A stretch of 64,000 bases of DNA from Takakia lepidozioides (lineage: Eukaryota > Plantae > Bryophyta): contig CM060732.1 of NCBI GenBank assembly GCA_030704615.1, positions 6,014,001-6,078,000 on the forward strand, given 5' to 3'. Each line of letters begins with the position of its first letter. Within the stretch, counting starts at the first letter, position 1. This document shows, piece after piece, positions 63,101-64,000 of this stretch. The notes beneath the pieces are model-generated. The model was not told where the DNA came from. It saw only the letters and a program-made list of their open reading frames with translations, and made no database searches. A program made the translations under genes and the position numbers.

Positions 63101-64000
63101 ACTCAAAGAGAAAATGTCATCCTGGTTGTCTAACAAGACAACTCCAGGTGTCACCATGGCGCGCTCAAAAGCTGGCCTAGCTGGCAGCTCCGTCAACCTG
63201 GCAGCTGCAGCTTGCCATGGCGCAGCCGTGGCACTCTTGACCCTCAAATCCGAGGATCCCTCTGCCACTACACCTTCCACTAACTCCGCAGAAGATGAAG
63301 TGACCTCCCCACTCTCACAGAGTGTTGCTGCTAGTCTGAACACTGCAGTTGGCCTTACCCCCGGCGTCACAATTATGGTTGCCGAGAACAGTGGGGCTTG
63401 ACACACAGAGGTGGCTGCCCCCAATAACACACCGCTGCACTAGCCTTGGTAGCAGGTGTCAGTGCTGCACGTGTAGCTCTCCCCAATGCATAGTAACCTC
63501 CGCCTCGGTAACAGTCGGGCGAGAACTAGGTGTCATGGATGGCGTCGACACAGTCTCGCCAATGTGAATGACTGAGGAAGCCTCGCCTGACGGCTTGCCT
63601 CCCCACGCTGTGGATCCAATTCCACCTCTGCACCTCAAGGCTCAGGAACTCGTGCTGCTCCTCGAGTCACAGCTGCAGCAGACTCCACCTGCACTAGTGG
63701 TAGTGCTGCTCCGCACATGAATCCCATGCCTCCCATAAACCCCTCTCTAAGAAGTAGGAGGTGGACCATCCCGCCGGGGAGCCGTTACCGCCTGAGCTAT
63801 AGCCATTGCAGCGAGCCTCTGCTCTAGCTGCTGAAGCCGGTTGACCATGCCTTGGTCACACCCTGACCACCGCGTCCTTGGCCATGTTGAGCTTGCCCTT
63901 GGCCTGCACCTCGTGCCCGACCACCTCGTCCTCTCTGGGCTGGTCCACCTCGCCCCCGGCCACCATTGTTCCCTTGGAATGGCCTGGGCGCAACTCAGGA

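Larger units (their letters stand above)
57196..64000 (-). mobile_element. Ty3/Gypsy LTR retrotransposon carrying a C5 DNA methyltransferase and a PHD finger (5' end outside the window)
   Basis: Order on the - strand: PR (VLLDSGA) - DNMT - RT (YIDD) - RH (HTDWS) - INT (H..GH..C..C, LDFAGP, TDQG) - PHD - PPT (AGGGGGCGAT) - LTR 57196-57723. Confidence 0.92.

Overview
Eukaryotic, repeat-saturated (heterochromatin-like) DNA, probably from a non-seed land plant. The host call is inferred from PLS-type PPR remnants, GT-AG introns, plant-type chromoviruses and a plant L1-like LINE. No intact host gene is evident. (i) Two copies of a Tcn1/Tf1-like Ty3/Gypsy chromovirus (family A: 7942-13811 on -, 41800-47133 on +) with a self-priming signature and a -1 frameshift signal. 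(ii) Two copies of a tRNA-iMet-primed chromovirus (family B: 28685-35605 and 39272-51485, both -); A2 is nested in B2, and all four copies have 5-bp TSDs. (iii) A degraded LINE (~17.5-25.1 kb, -) interrupted by a hAT MITE. (iv) A PPR pseudogene and an orphan gag. (v) A Ty3/Gypsy element (57196 to window end, -) with a C5 cytosine methyltransferase between protease and RT and a PHD finger after integrase. (vi) Two complementary remnants (~1.7-7.4 kb and ~51.9-55.1 kb, +) of an unclassified element. Together they show an intron-containing beta-class N4C/N6A DNA-methyltransferase-like gene, a possible ParB-like N-terminus, arrays of a 22-bp palindrome spaced 53/63-64 bp apart, two divergent orphan paralogues and a shared ~200-bp terminus. 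Items (v) and (vi) are the most interesting. Family assignments come from motif recognition by eye, not from database searches.
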